A stretch of 64,000 nucleotides of DNA, from positions 40,830 to 104,829 of the forward strand of contig JBDKUN010000065.1 in assembly GCA_039679675.1 (NCBI GenBank), read 5' to 3'. The notes below the pieces were generated by a model, which saw nothing but the letters and a program-made list of their open reading frames with translations, made no database searches and was not told where the DNA came from. Shown piece after piece: positions 18,758 through 27,285 of the stretch. This stretch comes from Armatimonadota bacterium. GTDB lineage: Bacteria > Armatimonadota > UBA5829 > DTLH01. Every line of letters starts with the position of its first letter. Positions within the stretch are counted from its first letter, which is position 1. Made by a program: the position numbers and the translations under genes.

Positions 18758-19996
18758 ATGAGAATATTTATTTGTGTATTTGCGGCGTTATGCCTGCTTA
18801 CGACTGCATCTACCTTACAGGCTGCGACGGCATATACCGATGCTGATTCATTTACCGCGGCTGTTGCGGAACAAGGTCTCAATTTTGTGCTTTGTTTTGA
18901 TTCGCAGGCTTCGGGGTCAAGTGCCACCAGCTTCGGCATGCTGAAGCTAACTGCAGACGGGCTTCAGTCCAATGGCTCAACCCGGATTACAGTTCAGCCT
19001 GTTATCACCAATACATATAGTACGACAAGCGGTCAGAATGCGATTGGAGGGTCAGGCTCCAGGGAACAGTTCCTTGCGGGAAATGGAGACAAGATTGTTT
19101 TCAATCTTTCGCACCCAGTGCACGCATTCGGATTACGACTGATCGGCAACCCCAGCCCGACTGGGACTCCTGCCATACCGTTCTGGCGGATGCACGCGAA
19201 TGCAGGCTCCGGTTTCGACGTCCTGAGCGCAACAGAACCATTTCAGATACTTAACAAAGGCAATGATGTATATTTTCTGGGAATAATCTCAAAAGAAGCT
19301 TTTGACCAGGTGGAATTGTGCTCTGACAATGACCCGACAGCCATATTCAGCTTCAATGTGGATGATATAGTGGTGGCTGCGGATGTCAAAGTGCTCAATC
19401 TGGCTCAGGTAAAATCAGCCGAGCCTCAGGCAGTAGTGATACCGGGTGCAGTGGTTACGCGAGTCCATTCCGACAGGTTCAACGTGGAAACACAGGACCG
19501 TGCCTGCGGGCTGGCTGTAATGGGAAGCGGCACTACGAGGGGTAAGGAAGTGTCCGTCTTTGGCGAACTGCTGTGCAATGCTGATGGCGAGCGCGTCTTG
19601 AACCTGATACACCTGATAGACGAATGCGACCCTGAACCCGGCATTCCAGCTCCGCTTGGAATGACCAATCGGTCGGTCGGAGGAGGGTCGCCCGCAGGTT
19701 TTCAGATCGGATGCGACGGTGGCACAGGGCTCAATAATATCGGGCTGGATGTGACAATCTGGGGCGAAATTACCGATATTGCATCCGATTTCACCTGGAT
19801 GATTATTGACGACGGCTCACACCGTGATAATGGGACAGCACATTTGGGCATCAAAGTTGTCGGGAGTATAAACGCGCGGTCAAGGCAGGTCGGAGACCGC
19901 ATAAAAGTTCAGGGCTCATCGTCTATCTTTAAGTCCGGGACAAAATACTATCCGGTAATAAAGGCAGCTCAGCCTTCCGATATTACCGGCATTTAG
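18758..19996 (+). CDS. Secreted protein with C-terminal OB-fold-like module (GLNNIGLxVxxWG)
   Basis: Signal peptide ending LQA; GGAG RBS. Confidence 0.7.
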   Translation: MRIFICVFAALCLLTTASTLQAATAYTDADSFTAAVAEQGLNFVLCFDSQASGSSATSFGMLKLTADGLQSNGSTRITVQPVITNTYSTTSGQNAIGGSGSREQFLAGNGDKIVFNLSHPVHAFGLRLIGNPSPTGTPAIPFWRMHANAGSGFDVLSATEPFQILNKGNDVYFLGIISKEAFDQVELCSDNDPTAIFSFNVDDIVVAADVKVLNLAQVKSAEPQAVVIPGAVVTRVHSDRFNVETQDRACGLAVMGSGTTRGKEVSVFGELLCNADGERVLNLIHLIDECDPEPGIPAPLGMTNRSVGGGSPAGFQIGCDGGTGLNNIGLDVTIWGEITDIASDFTWMIIDDGSHRDNGTAHLGIKVVGSINARSRQVGDRIKVQGSSSIFKSGTKYYPVIKAAQPSDITGI

Positions 19997-20673
19997 CATA
20001 TATGCGAGGACAGAGCCTCCATCAACTGGACGATCTTCGATTCATCCTTTCGTCCGGGAGCTGTCTCGGCGCCTGTCAGAACATCCACACCGAAAGGGTT
20101 TGTCGCGGCGGCGATGGAGGCGATGTTATCGGGATTTAGGCCTCCAGCCAGAATGACCGGGACTTCGCTCTCCCGCTGCACAGTCTTGAATGTGGAAAGA
20201 TCGACAACTATACCTGAACCGCCGGGTCGGGCCTCAGTATATGAGTCCACAACGATTGCGGCTATCTCCGTTCGGGAAAGTTCACGGGCAGCGAGGACAG
20301 GGTCGGTGATCTCAAAATCACAATTGCCGCTCTTATCGAACCGCAGAGCCTTGATCGTCCTGATGCCTAGCGCACTCAACTCCTTTGCCGTCCGCCGCAC
20401 GTCCGCCAGCGTTTCCCTGTAATGCAGCTGAACAATTCTCGGGCGCAACTCATCAGCCAGAGCCAAAACCTTGTTCACCGGACCGCCTGTAACTATGCAG
20501 GCTTCTGCGGGAGCTGAGACCAGGCTGATAAGCTCTTTTGCTTCACTTGCAGTCAGGTTCCACGGCACCGGCTGCGGGTATTCCACGACGAACCCCACCA
20601 TGTCCGCACCCGCCTTCACGCATATATCGACATCCTTTTTGTTCATCAAGCCGCAGATTTTGACCTTTATCAT
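19993..20673 (-). CDS. trpF: Phosphoribosylanthranilate isomerase
   Basis: KVKICGL, VQLH, GGSG, ILAGGLNPDN, GVDV. Confidence 0.9.
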   Translation of the reverse strand: MIKVKICGLMNKKDVDICVKAGADMVGFVVEYPQPVPWNLTASEAKELISLVSAPAEACIVTGGPVNKVLALADELRPRIVQLHYRETLADVRRTAKELSALGIRTIKALRFDKSGNCDFEITDPVLAARELSRTEIAAIVVDSYTEARPGGSGIVVDLSTFKTVQRESEVPVILAGGLNPDNIASIAAATNPFGVDVLTGAETAPGRKDESKIVQLMEALSSHIC

Positions 20674-21377
20674 GCCTGCTGTTCCTTTAGTTCGCTTAGT
20701 TTCCGGTACATGGCAGCCGGGTCGTCGGCACGAAGGATGGCAGTCCCCACCAAGACAGCATGCGCGCCCGCCGCTGCCGCCCGCCGGACATCACAGGGAG
20801 AGCTTATGGAGCTTTCGCTCACTATCAGCGCTTCCGGCCATGCCAGAGCAGCGAGATTTTCTGTCCTGGAGACATTTCCGCCGTCTTTTTCCAGTTCGAG
20901 TATGTTGCGGTTGTTGATCCCTAGAAAAGTGGGCTTCAGTTCGTTAGCGATCCTTATTTCCGCCTCATTATGTGTCTCGACCAGCGGTTCCAGGCCCAGC
21001 GATAACGCTTTCTCGAACAGTTTGAACAATACGCTTTTCTCCATCATTGCCGCAATCAGCAGCACGGCAGCAGCGCCCATATCCACGCTCTCCTGCACCT
21101 GCTCCACGGTCGTAATGAAGTCTTTGCGCAGCACAGGGACCGTCACCGCATGCGAAATGCGGCTGAACAGCTCCGGCGAACCCCCGAAATGCTCCGCTTC
21201 CGTCACCACCGAAAGTGCAGGCGCGCCTGCCGCCACAAGCTCCACAGCAAACGCGACAGGATCTCTGCCGGAGAGCAAATCCCCCTCTCCGGGCGATTTG
21301 CTCTTGATATCAGGGATAACCGGCGTTTTTTCCACCCTCAGTTTTTGCCGCAGTGCCGTTGTGTAACTGCCTGCCAT
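20670..21377 (-). CDS. trpC: Indole-3-glycerol-phosphate synthase
   Basis: KSKSP, LSVVTE..HFGGS, LRKDFI, GINNR, VSES. Confidence 0.9.
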   Translation of the reverse strand: MAGSYTTALRQKLRVEKTPVIPDIKSKSPGEGDLLSGRDPVAFAVELVAAGAPALSVVTEAEHFGGSPELFSRISHAVTVPVLRKDFITTVEQVQESVDMGAAAVLLIAAMMEKSVLFKLFEKALSLGLEPLVETHNEAEIRIANELKPTFLGINNRNILELEKDGGNVSRTENLAALAWPEALIVSESSISSPCDVRRAAAAGAHAVLVGTAILRADDPAAMYRKLSELKEQQA

Positions 21378-21378
21378 G

Positions 21379-22410
21379 TCAGTTCACCGAAGCGTAGTCT
21401 TGAGAAGCGGTGATAAGCTCTTCCAGCTTGCGCTGTGCCAGTCCGCTGTCGATTATCTCGCCTGCGCAACCGATTCCTTCTTTAAAGGAAGCTGCCTTAT
21501 CACCGATCATCAGTGCCCCAGCGGCATTTAGGATGACGGCCTGGCGGCGCGGGCCTTTATCTTTGCCGGAGAAAACATTTCTTATCATCTCAGCATTTTC
21601 CTGCGGAGTTCCCGTGGCAATCTCTTCCAGTGAGCAGCGAGTCAAGCCGAAATCTTCCGGGCTGATCTCATAAGTAGATATCTCACCATTTTTGAGCTCG
21701 TTGACTCTTGTTTTGCCCAGAAGCGAGATCTCATCCATCCCGTCCAACCCATGCACGAAAAGCGCTCTGTCGTACCCTATCGACGAGGCAACACGTGAGA
21801 CCGTGTCCAGAATCTCCGGCTTATAAACGCCCATAACATGCCTGCTTGCTTTGGTAGGGTTGATAAGCGGGCCTATGATCGTATAGAAAATCGTTTTTAT
21901 CCCCAGGTCTTTCTCCGGAGGAAGCACCTTGCACATGACAGGATGAAACAGCGGAGCATAAAGAAAAGCTATGCCGATGTCTTCGATCATCTTTTCGACC
22001 GATTCCGGTGTCTGGTTGATCTCGACATTCAGCGCTTCCAGCACGTCAGCGCTGCCGGACAGGCTGGCAATGGAGCGGCTGCCGTGTTTGGCCACGGGAA
22101 TCCCAGCTGCTGCTGCCACAAAAGCTACCGCGGTCGAAATGTTGAATGTGCTTAAGCCGCCTCCGGTGCCGCATGTGTCCATAAGCTCTCCATCGACCTT
22201 CGGGTCGATCTTGATGCAGTTGTCCCGCATAGCCTTGGCTATGGCTGTAATCTCCGTCAGCGTCGGACCCTTCATCAAAAGAGCCACCTGAAACCCCGCG
22301 ATCTGCACATCGCTCAACTCGTCGTTCTTAATAGCCACGATCAGCTTATAAATATCCTCCGCAGTCAGATCCTGCTTAGTTGTAAGTTTACGTAAAACAC
22401 CTTTAACCAT
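21379..22410 (-). CDS. trpD: Anthranilate phosphoribosyltransferase
   Basis: DTCGTGG, FNIST, KHGSR, GSADVLEAL, DGMDEIS. Confidence 0.93.
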   Translation of the reverse strand: MVKGVLRKLTTKQDLTAEDIYKLIVAIKNDELSDVQIAGFQVALLMKGPTLTEITAIAKAMRDNCIKIDPKVDGELMDTCGTGGGLSTFNISTAVAFVAAAAGIPVAKHGSRSIASLSGSADVLEALNVEINQTPESVEKMIEDIGIAFLYAPLFHPVMCKVLPPEKDLGIKTIFYTIIGPLINPTKASRHVMGVYKPEILDTVSRVASSIGYDRALFVHGLDGMDEISLLGKTRVNELKNGEISTYEISPEDFGLTRCSLEEIATGTPQENAEMIRNVFSGKDKGPRRQAVILNAAGALMIGDKAASFKEGIGCAGEIIDSGLAQRKLEELITASQDYASVN

Positions 22411-22411
22411 C

Positions 22412-23203
22412 TTAACCCTTCCTCACTTCCTCTGATACAATAGCGTCCTTCATAGCACGCACATATTCCGAGACATGCGGCACGCACTGCGCCCCATATC
22501 GCCCCACTATTTCCACAATTGCACTACCGACGATCACTCCATCAGCAAACCCGGCCATTTCCGCGGCCTGTCCGGGTGTAGAAATGCCGAAACCGACAGC
22601 GCAGGGAATCTCCTTGACACCCTTTACGATCTTAATCATCTCCTCCACGCCGCTCCCGATGTCGCTCCGTACGCCGGTCACGCCCAGGGATGAGACACAA
22701 TAGATAAAACCTTGAGCCTCTTTTGCGATCATACATATGCGCTCTCTTGACGTCGGCGCAACCATCGAGATAAGAGTGACCCCGTGTTGCGCGCAGAAAG
22801 GCTGCAGCTCTTCTTTTTCTTCAAAAGGCACATCCGGCACGATTACAGCGTCGATCCCGGTCTCAAGGCACCGTTTCATGAACCTGTCCACACCGTATGT
22901 AAAGATAGGGTTGGCATAGGACATAAAGGCCAGCGGAACACTGCAGTTTTTTCTGATACGGCCCGTCATTTCGAAGATATTGTCCGTCGTCGTCCCGCCG
23001 GAGAGCGCCCGGTTGTCCGCTTCCTGGATGACAGGTCCCTCCGCCACCGGGTCGGAAAACGGAATGCCCAGCTCGATCAGGTCTGCTCCTGCGTCAGCCA
23101 TCGCATATACCAATTCCTCAGTCACTTCAAGCGACGGATCGCCCGCCGTGATAAACGGTATGAAGGCCTTGCCCCCGGAAAATGCCCTGTTCAGCTTATT
23201 CAT
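22412..23203 (-). CDS. trpA: Tryptophan synthase alpha chain
   Basis: [34 protein letters not shown]. Confidence 0.96.
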   Translation of the reverse strand: MNKLNRAFSGGKAFIPFITAGDPSLEVTEELVYAMADAGADLIELGIPFSDPVAEGPVIQEADNRALSGGTTTDNIFEMTGRIRKNCSVPLAFMSYANPIFTYGVDRFMKRCLETGIDAVIVPDVPFEEKEELQPFCAQHGVTLISMVAPTSRERICMIAKEAQGFIYCVSSLGVTGVRSDIGSGVEEMIKIVKGVKEIPCAVGFGISTPGQAAEMAGFADGVIVGSAIVEIVGRYGAQCVPHVSEYVRAMKDAIVSEEVRKG

Positions 23204-24380
23204 AGATATTCACCCCCCGATAGCGTGCGATTGCGGCCACATCCTTGTCTCCCCTGCCGGACAGGCAGATCACCATAGTCGAGTTTTTGTCCATTTGCGG
23301 TGCGATTTTCCTGGCATAGGCCACTGCATGAGCGCTCTCTATCGCCGGGATAATCCCTTCCATGCGTGAAAGATATTCGAAGGCATCTACGGCTTCAGCA
23401 TCCGTAACAGGCACGTACTCAGCCCTGCCGGAGTCGAAAAGCGCGGCATGTTCGGGCCCGACACCGGGATAATCCAGCCCGGCAGAAATGGAATAGACCG
23501 GTGCTATCTGTCCGTACTCGTCCTGACAGAAATAAGACTTCATGCCATGGAAAATCCCGATACTGCCGTTCGCGATAGTGGCGGCATTCTTGTCTGTATC
23601 GACTCCGAGCCCTGCTGCCTCACAGCCTATGAGTTTCACATCAGGTTCTTTGATAAATTCATAGAACAGCCCCATGGCATTGCTTCCTCCGCCGACGCAG
23701 GCCAGCAGCACGTCCGGCAAATGCCCTTCTCTTTCCAGCATCTCCTTCTTTACTTCGCGTCCGATGACGCTCTGAAAGTCCCTAACGATCATCGGAAACG
23801 GGTGCGGTCCCATGACCGAGCCGAGAACATAGTGGGTATCGTGAATCCTCCGGCACCATTCGCGCATGGTCTCATTAACCGCATCCTTCAGCGTCTGCGT
23901 GCCGCTTGTGACGGCATGCACCTTCGCGCCGAGGATTTCCATGCGGTAAACATTGAGCGCCTGCCGCTCGGTATCCTCTTTACCCATGAATATCTCGCAT
24001 TCCAGCCCCAGGAGCGTAGCCGCGGTAGCTGTGGCCACACCGTGCTGCCCTGCCCCGGTTTCGGCGATCACACGGGTCTTGCCCATACGCTTGGCCAGAA
24101 GCACCTGCCCCAACACGTTATTGATCTTATGGGAACCTGTATGGTTGAGGTCCTCCCGCTTCAGGTAAATTTTTGCGCCGCCCAGGTCTTTGGTCATCTT
24201 CTCTGCATAATAGAGCAGCGATGGCCGCCCGGCGTAATCTTTAAGCAGCGCGGCCAGTTCCGATGTGAACTGCGGCTCATCTTTTAACCGGTTATACGCA
24301 TCCTCCAGCTCAAGGACGGCATTCATAAGCGTTTCCGGGATGTACTGCCCTCCGTGGATGCCGTATCTGCCTTTGGTCAT
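23196..24380 (-). CDS. trpB: Tryptophan synthase beta chain
   Basis: [44 protein letters not shown]. Confidence 0.98.
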   Translation of the reverse strand: MTKGRYGIHGGQYIPETLMNAVLELEDAYNRLKDEPQFTSELAALLKDYAGRPSLLYYAEKMTKDLGGAKIYLKREDLNHTGSHKINNVLGQVLLAKRMGKTRVIAETGAGQHGVATATAATLLGLECEIFMGKEDTERQALNVYRMEILGAKVHAVTSGTQTLKDAVNETMREWCRRIHDTHYVLGSVMGPHPFPMIVRDFQSVIGREVKKEMLEREGHLPDVLLACVGGGSNAMGLFYEFIKEPDVKLIGCEAAGLGVDTDKNAATIANGSIGIFHGMKSYFCQDEYGQIAPVYSISAGLDYPGVGPEHAALFDSGRAEYVPVTDAEAVDAFEYLSRMEGIIPAIESAHAVAYARKIAPQMDKNSTMVICLSGRGDKDVAAIARYRGVNIYE

Positions 24381-24474
24381 ATTTCATCCTCCTCTGATAC
24401 TGCTTTTAGAACCTATTCCTCGCACTACTACGATTCTTATTCCTTCTGCCTTCCCAATTTGGCCCCTGTAATGC

Positions 24475-24508
24475 AAAAAAGCCGGGGACTAAGATGGGTG
24501 TCCCCGGC
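24475..24508 (-). terminator. Second intrinsic terminator-like hairpin in the trp leader
   Basis: GCCGGGGAC-loop-GTCCCCGGC followed by U6. Confidence 0.7.
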
Positions 24509-24529
24509 CTAAAATCAGCCTATATACAC

Positions 24530-24568
24530 AAAAAAGCCGCGAACCCCGCCTTGGAGCGGGCCGCGACT
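24530..24568 (-). terminator. trp attenuator terminator (segments 3:4)
   Basis: GTCGCGGCCCGC...GCGGGGTTCGCGGC followed by U6; 5' arm can pair alternatively with upstream TGGAGCCGGCGCG. Confidence 0.85.
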
Positions 24569-24616
24569 TAAATATTTTAGTTCTTACTTATCCGATAGCA
24601 AGCGCGCCGGCTCCAC

Positions 24617-24679
24617 CTAATTGGAGTAGCGCCACCACCACATATTATTGCAATTGTCTATCAGATAATAAGTATCCAT
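24617..24679 (-). CDS. trpL: trp leader peptide MDTYYLIDNCNNMWWWRYSN
   Basis: Three consecutive TGG codons immediately upstream of mutually exclusive 1:2, 2:3 and 3:4 hairpins. Confidence 0.9.
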   Translation of the reverse strand: MDTYYLIDNCNNMWWWRYSN

Positions 24680-24687
24680 TTGATTGT

Positions 24688-24716
24688 ATTATAGCCAGTT
24701 ACCACCGAGATTTCAA
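24688..24716 (-). promoter_or_regulatory. Sigma-70 promoter of the trp operon
   Basis: TTGAAA-17-TATAAT, 8 nt before the trpL ATG. Confidence 0.8.
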
Positions 24717-24916
24717 TGATAAATAGCAAAAATTATAGAAATTTTTCGTTGCCACAGCTATACATTAGTCTTACTGCAAAACATATGCCAAACAGCCTTC
24801 GATGGACCGAGGGATCCTGCCTCGGTCCTGATTCTCCAGGGCATCCATGCCCACTGCTATTTGTATCCTTCTGCGCGAGCTTTTTGCACCAAAGCATTTC
24901 AAATGTGTTTGAGCTG

Positions 24917-25312
24917 CTATGCCCATCGCTTTCTAACATAATTGCCTGCTTTGAAAGATATATACCAGGTTCCCAGAAAGAGAAGAAAGCCTAAACCATA
25001 TACCAACAAAAAATATGATGTACTCCAGTGCTTTCCTGCATCAGCTAACCATGCAAGCAGAAATACAAATACAATTAGGAATATAATCCGCTCTTTTTTA
25101 TTACTTGGAAGAAGTGATCTCAGCCAAGATGGATCTTCGGAAAAAATACCATCAACAAACGGCCAAGTCCATGCTAGCGGGACAAATAGGCATGTCAGCA
25201 GAATATTATATTGGCTATACCGATGGCACAGCATAAAATACCAAGGCGCAACTACAAGACTAAGTATGATTTGCAATACACGTATTAGCTTATATAAGGT
25301 AATATCTTTCAA
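24917..25312 (-). CDS. Small 4-TM orphan membrane protein
   Basis: GAGG RBS plus TTG; hydrophobic helices. Confidence 0.65.
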   Translation of the reverse strand: MKDITLYKLIRVLQIILSLVVAPWYFMLCHRYSQYNILLTCLFVPLAWTWPFVDGIFSEDPSWLRSLLPSNKKERIIFLIVFVFLLAWLADAGKHWSTSYFLLVYGLGFLLFLGTWYISFKAGNYVRKRWA

Positions 25313-25525
25313 TGCGCCTCTTCCTGCTCTTTCAGAACAAATACCTCTTTGCGGTCAATATTGCGTATCCGATAGGTTAGCTTCGGCGCAAAATACGCGC
25401 GCCGAAGGATACAACATATGCCAAACAGCCAGAGTTGCAGCTACTTCGACGCTAATTGCATGCTTCGGGCACGGTTTTTGCCGAAGTAGCTCAAGCAGCG
25501 AGCGTTGAAGCAAACAAAGAACCAC

Positions 25526-26004
25526 TTACAAGTTATTATTCAATTCTCGCAAAGCCCACTCAGCTTCTCTACGAACGTAACCTTGTGGATCTTTCAAATA
25601 AACCTCAATAAGCTGTGCTGCTGACGGCATGCCTGATGCTGCAAGCGATTTGCATATTCCAACCTTACGATAAGGGGAAGCATCATTTGCTAAATTCCTA
25701 TGCGCTGATTCTGTTGCTTCCAGTGCTGCACGAGGCATACGCCCTAAAGCTAATAATGCTGCTCTTGCTAAAAAAGAGCTCGCCCCATAGGCCCAAGGTC
25801 ATCAATTTGGGTAAATTCAACTAACCATGGAGCTTTGTCTGCATTGCAATCAATCCCGGCCTGTTCTATCTGGTTGAACAACACCCAAAATTCGGGATCA
25901 TTCGTAATATCCCACCCTGCTTCCTCAATATTGGGAACCTCAGCCAAGCCTTCGACTGCTTTCCGAATCCGCTCAATACCAGAGATAAAACCATCTGTGG
26001 CCAT
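25526..26004 (-). pseudogene. HEAT-repeat protein split by a frameshift in a T6 tract
   Basis: ORFs 25768-26004 and 25526-25738 join if one T is added at 25770-25775; LKDPQGYVRREAEWAL is a HEAT signature. Confidence 0.7.
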
Positions 26005-26055
26005 ATGTATATATTCTCCTGGCGGTAAATGCTATACTTTTTTGTATCCTTCGGC

Positions 26056-26466
26056 TCACTCTTCAATGCTTCCTCCTGCAGCAGAACCGTTTGCGCTTCT
26101 TCTTGATCTGCAGACCACAAGGCGGAGAATCGCCTGGAATATCAGTCCTGAGAATAACACCAGCGATACCGGCAGAAACCAACTTACGAAAATCCCCTCC
26201 ACTGCAAGTGCCATGGGGACTGCATACAATGCACCTCGGACAACATGATCTGTATGCCAACTACTGCTTGTGCTATGATAAGAGATCAATCTTTCAATGC
26301 CTCCACCTGCAGAGAAACTGCCAAGTAAACTTCCGGCAATCCACGGAGTCAGGCTTGGAGCACTACTGATTGCCTTGTAACCTATTAGCAATCCGAAAAT
26401 CTCAAAGCCGATGTAGCTCGCGAAGACAATGAAGCCACCTAGACGAAGAATGATGTATCTGTTCAT
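26056..26466 (-). CDS. Small orphan membrane protein (136 aa)
   Basis: GAGG RBS; ATGA overlap with the upstream ORF; several TM helices. Confidence 0.6.
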   Translation of the reverse strand: MNRYIILRLGGFIVFASYIGFEIFGLLIGYKAISSAPSLTPWIAGSLLGSFSAGGGIERLISYHSTSSSWHTDHVVRGALYAVPMALAVEGIFVSWFLPVSLVLFSGLIFQAILRLVVCRSRRSANGSAAGGSIEE

Positions 26467-26645
26467 TTACAGAAATCCTCACTCGTTGCATATTCGTATT
26501 GTGCAGCTAACGTGCCTGTTAGTATCCCAATAACAAACCCTACCGCTGCACGAAGAGTCATCTGACCCGCCAGTCGGCTGATGGCAACTCTTTTGTATTC
26601 TTCAGCACGAGTTTTTTGTGCCAAAGCCTCATGATCGACATCCAC
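26463..26645 (-). CDS. 60-aa ORF or gene fragment with one hydrophobic helix
   Basis: Translationally coupled to the next ORF. Confidence 0.35.
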   Translation of the reverse strand: MDVDHEALAQKTRAEEYKRVAISRLAGQMTLRAAVGFVIGILTGTLAAQYEYATSEDFCK

Positions 26646-26708
26646 GGCCTCATCTACTAGCTGAAAAGGCCGAGTTGAAGATTCAACACATGCGCCACAA
26701 TCAGTCTG

Positions 26709-27011
26709 TCAGCGCAACCACAGCACAATCGTAACAAATAACTTGCCAATCAACTGCAGAGTGCACACAATGATTAATAGTAACCTCATTTTATATAGCA
26801 CACGTTTCATACCGCTATGTACGTCAATCTTATTACAAGGAGGCTTGATGAATACCATCATCAAAATCACTATGGCATCTGCCACGCCTGTTAACCTAAC
26901 CGGATTTGCGGATATACCAAGGAAATGCATATATGTACTAGTTACAAAGGACTCCACCGCTGCGATTAATACAGATAAAGCACTAGCATTTTCATTAATT
27001 CTTGTCTGCAT
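26709..27011 (-). CDS. Small orphan membrane protein (100 aa)
   Basis: AAGGAG RBS before MQTR; three hydrophobic segments. Confidence 0.55.
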   Translation of the reverse strand: MQTRINENASALSVLIAAVESFVTSTYMHFLGISANPVRLTGVADAIVILMMVFIKPPCNKIDVHSGMKRVLYKMRLLLIIVCTLQLIGKLFVTIVLWLR

Positions 27012-27066
27012 TGGTTGATTCTCCTTAGTGAGCTTTTTTACGGCTCTCCGCCGACACATTGATTAT

Positions 27067-27095
27067 CTTATAGCAACCAACCATCAAGATGTCAA
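27067..27095 (-). promoter_or_regulatory. Sigma-70 promoter driving the orphan ORF array
   Basis: TTGACA-17-TATAAG. Confidence 0.6.
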
Positions 27096-27168
27096 GTAAT
27101 GGTGGCATTTTTGGCATTTCAATGGCATAAACAGCAAAATACTTACCATTTTCCGAATGCAAAAAGTG

Positions 27169-27198
27169 TTGACAGCATTACTGCAGCGGGAGTATAAA
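27169..27198 (+). promoter_or_regulatory. Sigma-70 promoter for the 761-aa gene
   Basis: TTGACA-18-TATAAA. Confidence 0.55.
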
Positions 27199-27285
27199 AG
27201 CTCATACTTTGTGTTCGTCCGGCTGAAAGATATTGCCGTTTCAGCCGAAAATCAGTAAGTAACGCATAAGTATGGGAGAAGGTTT

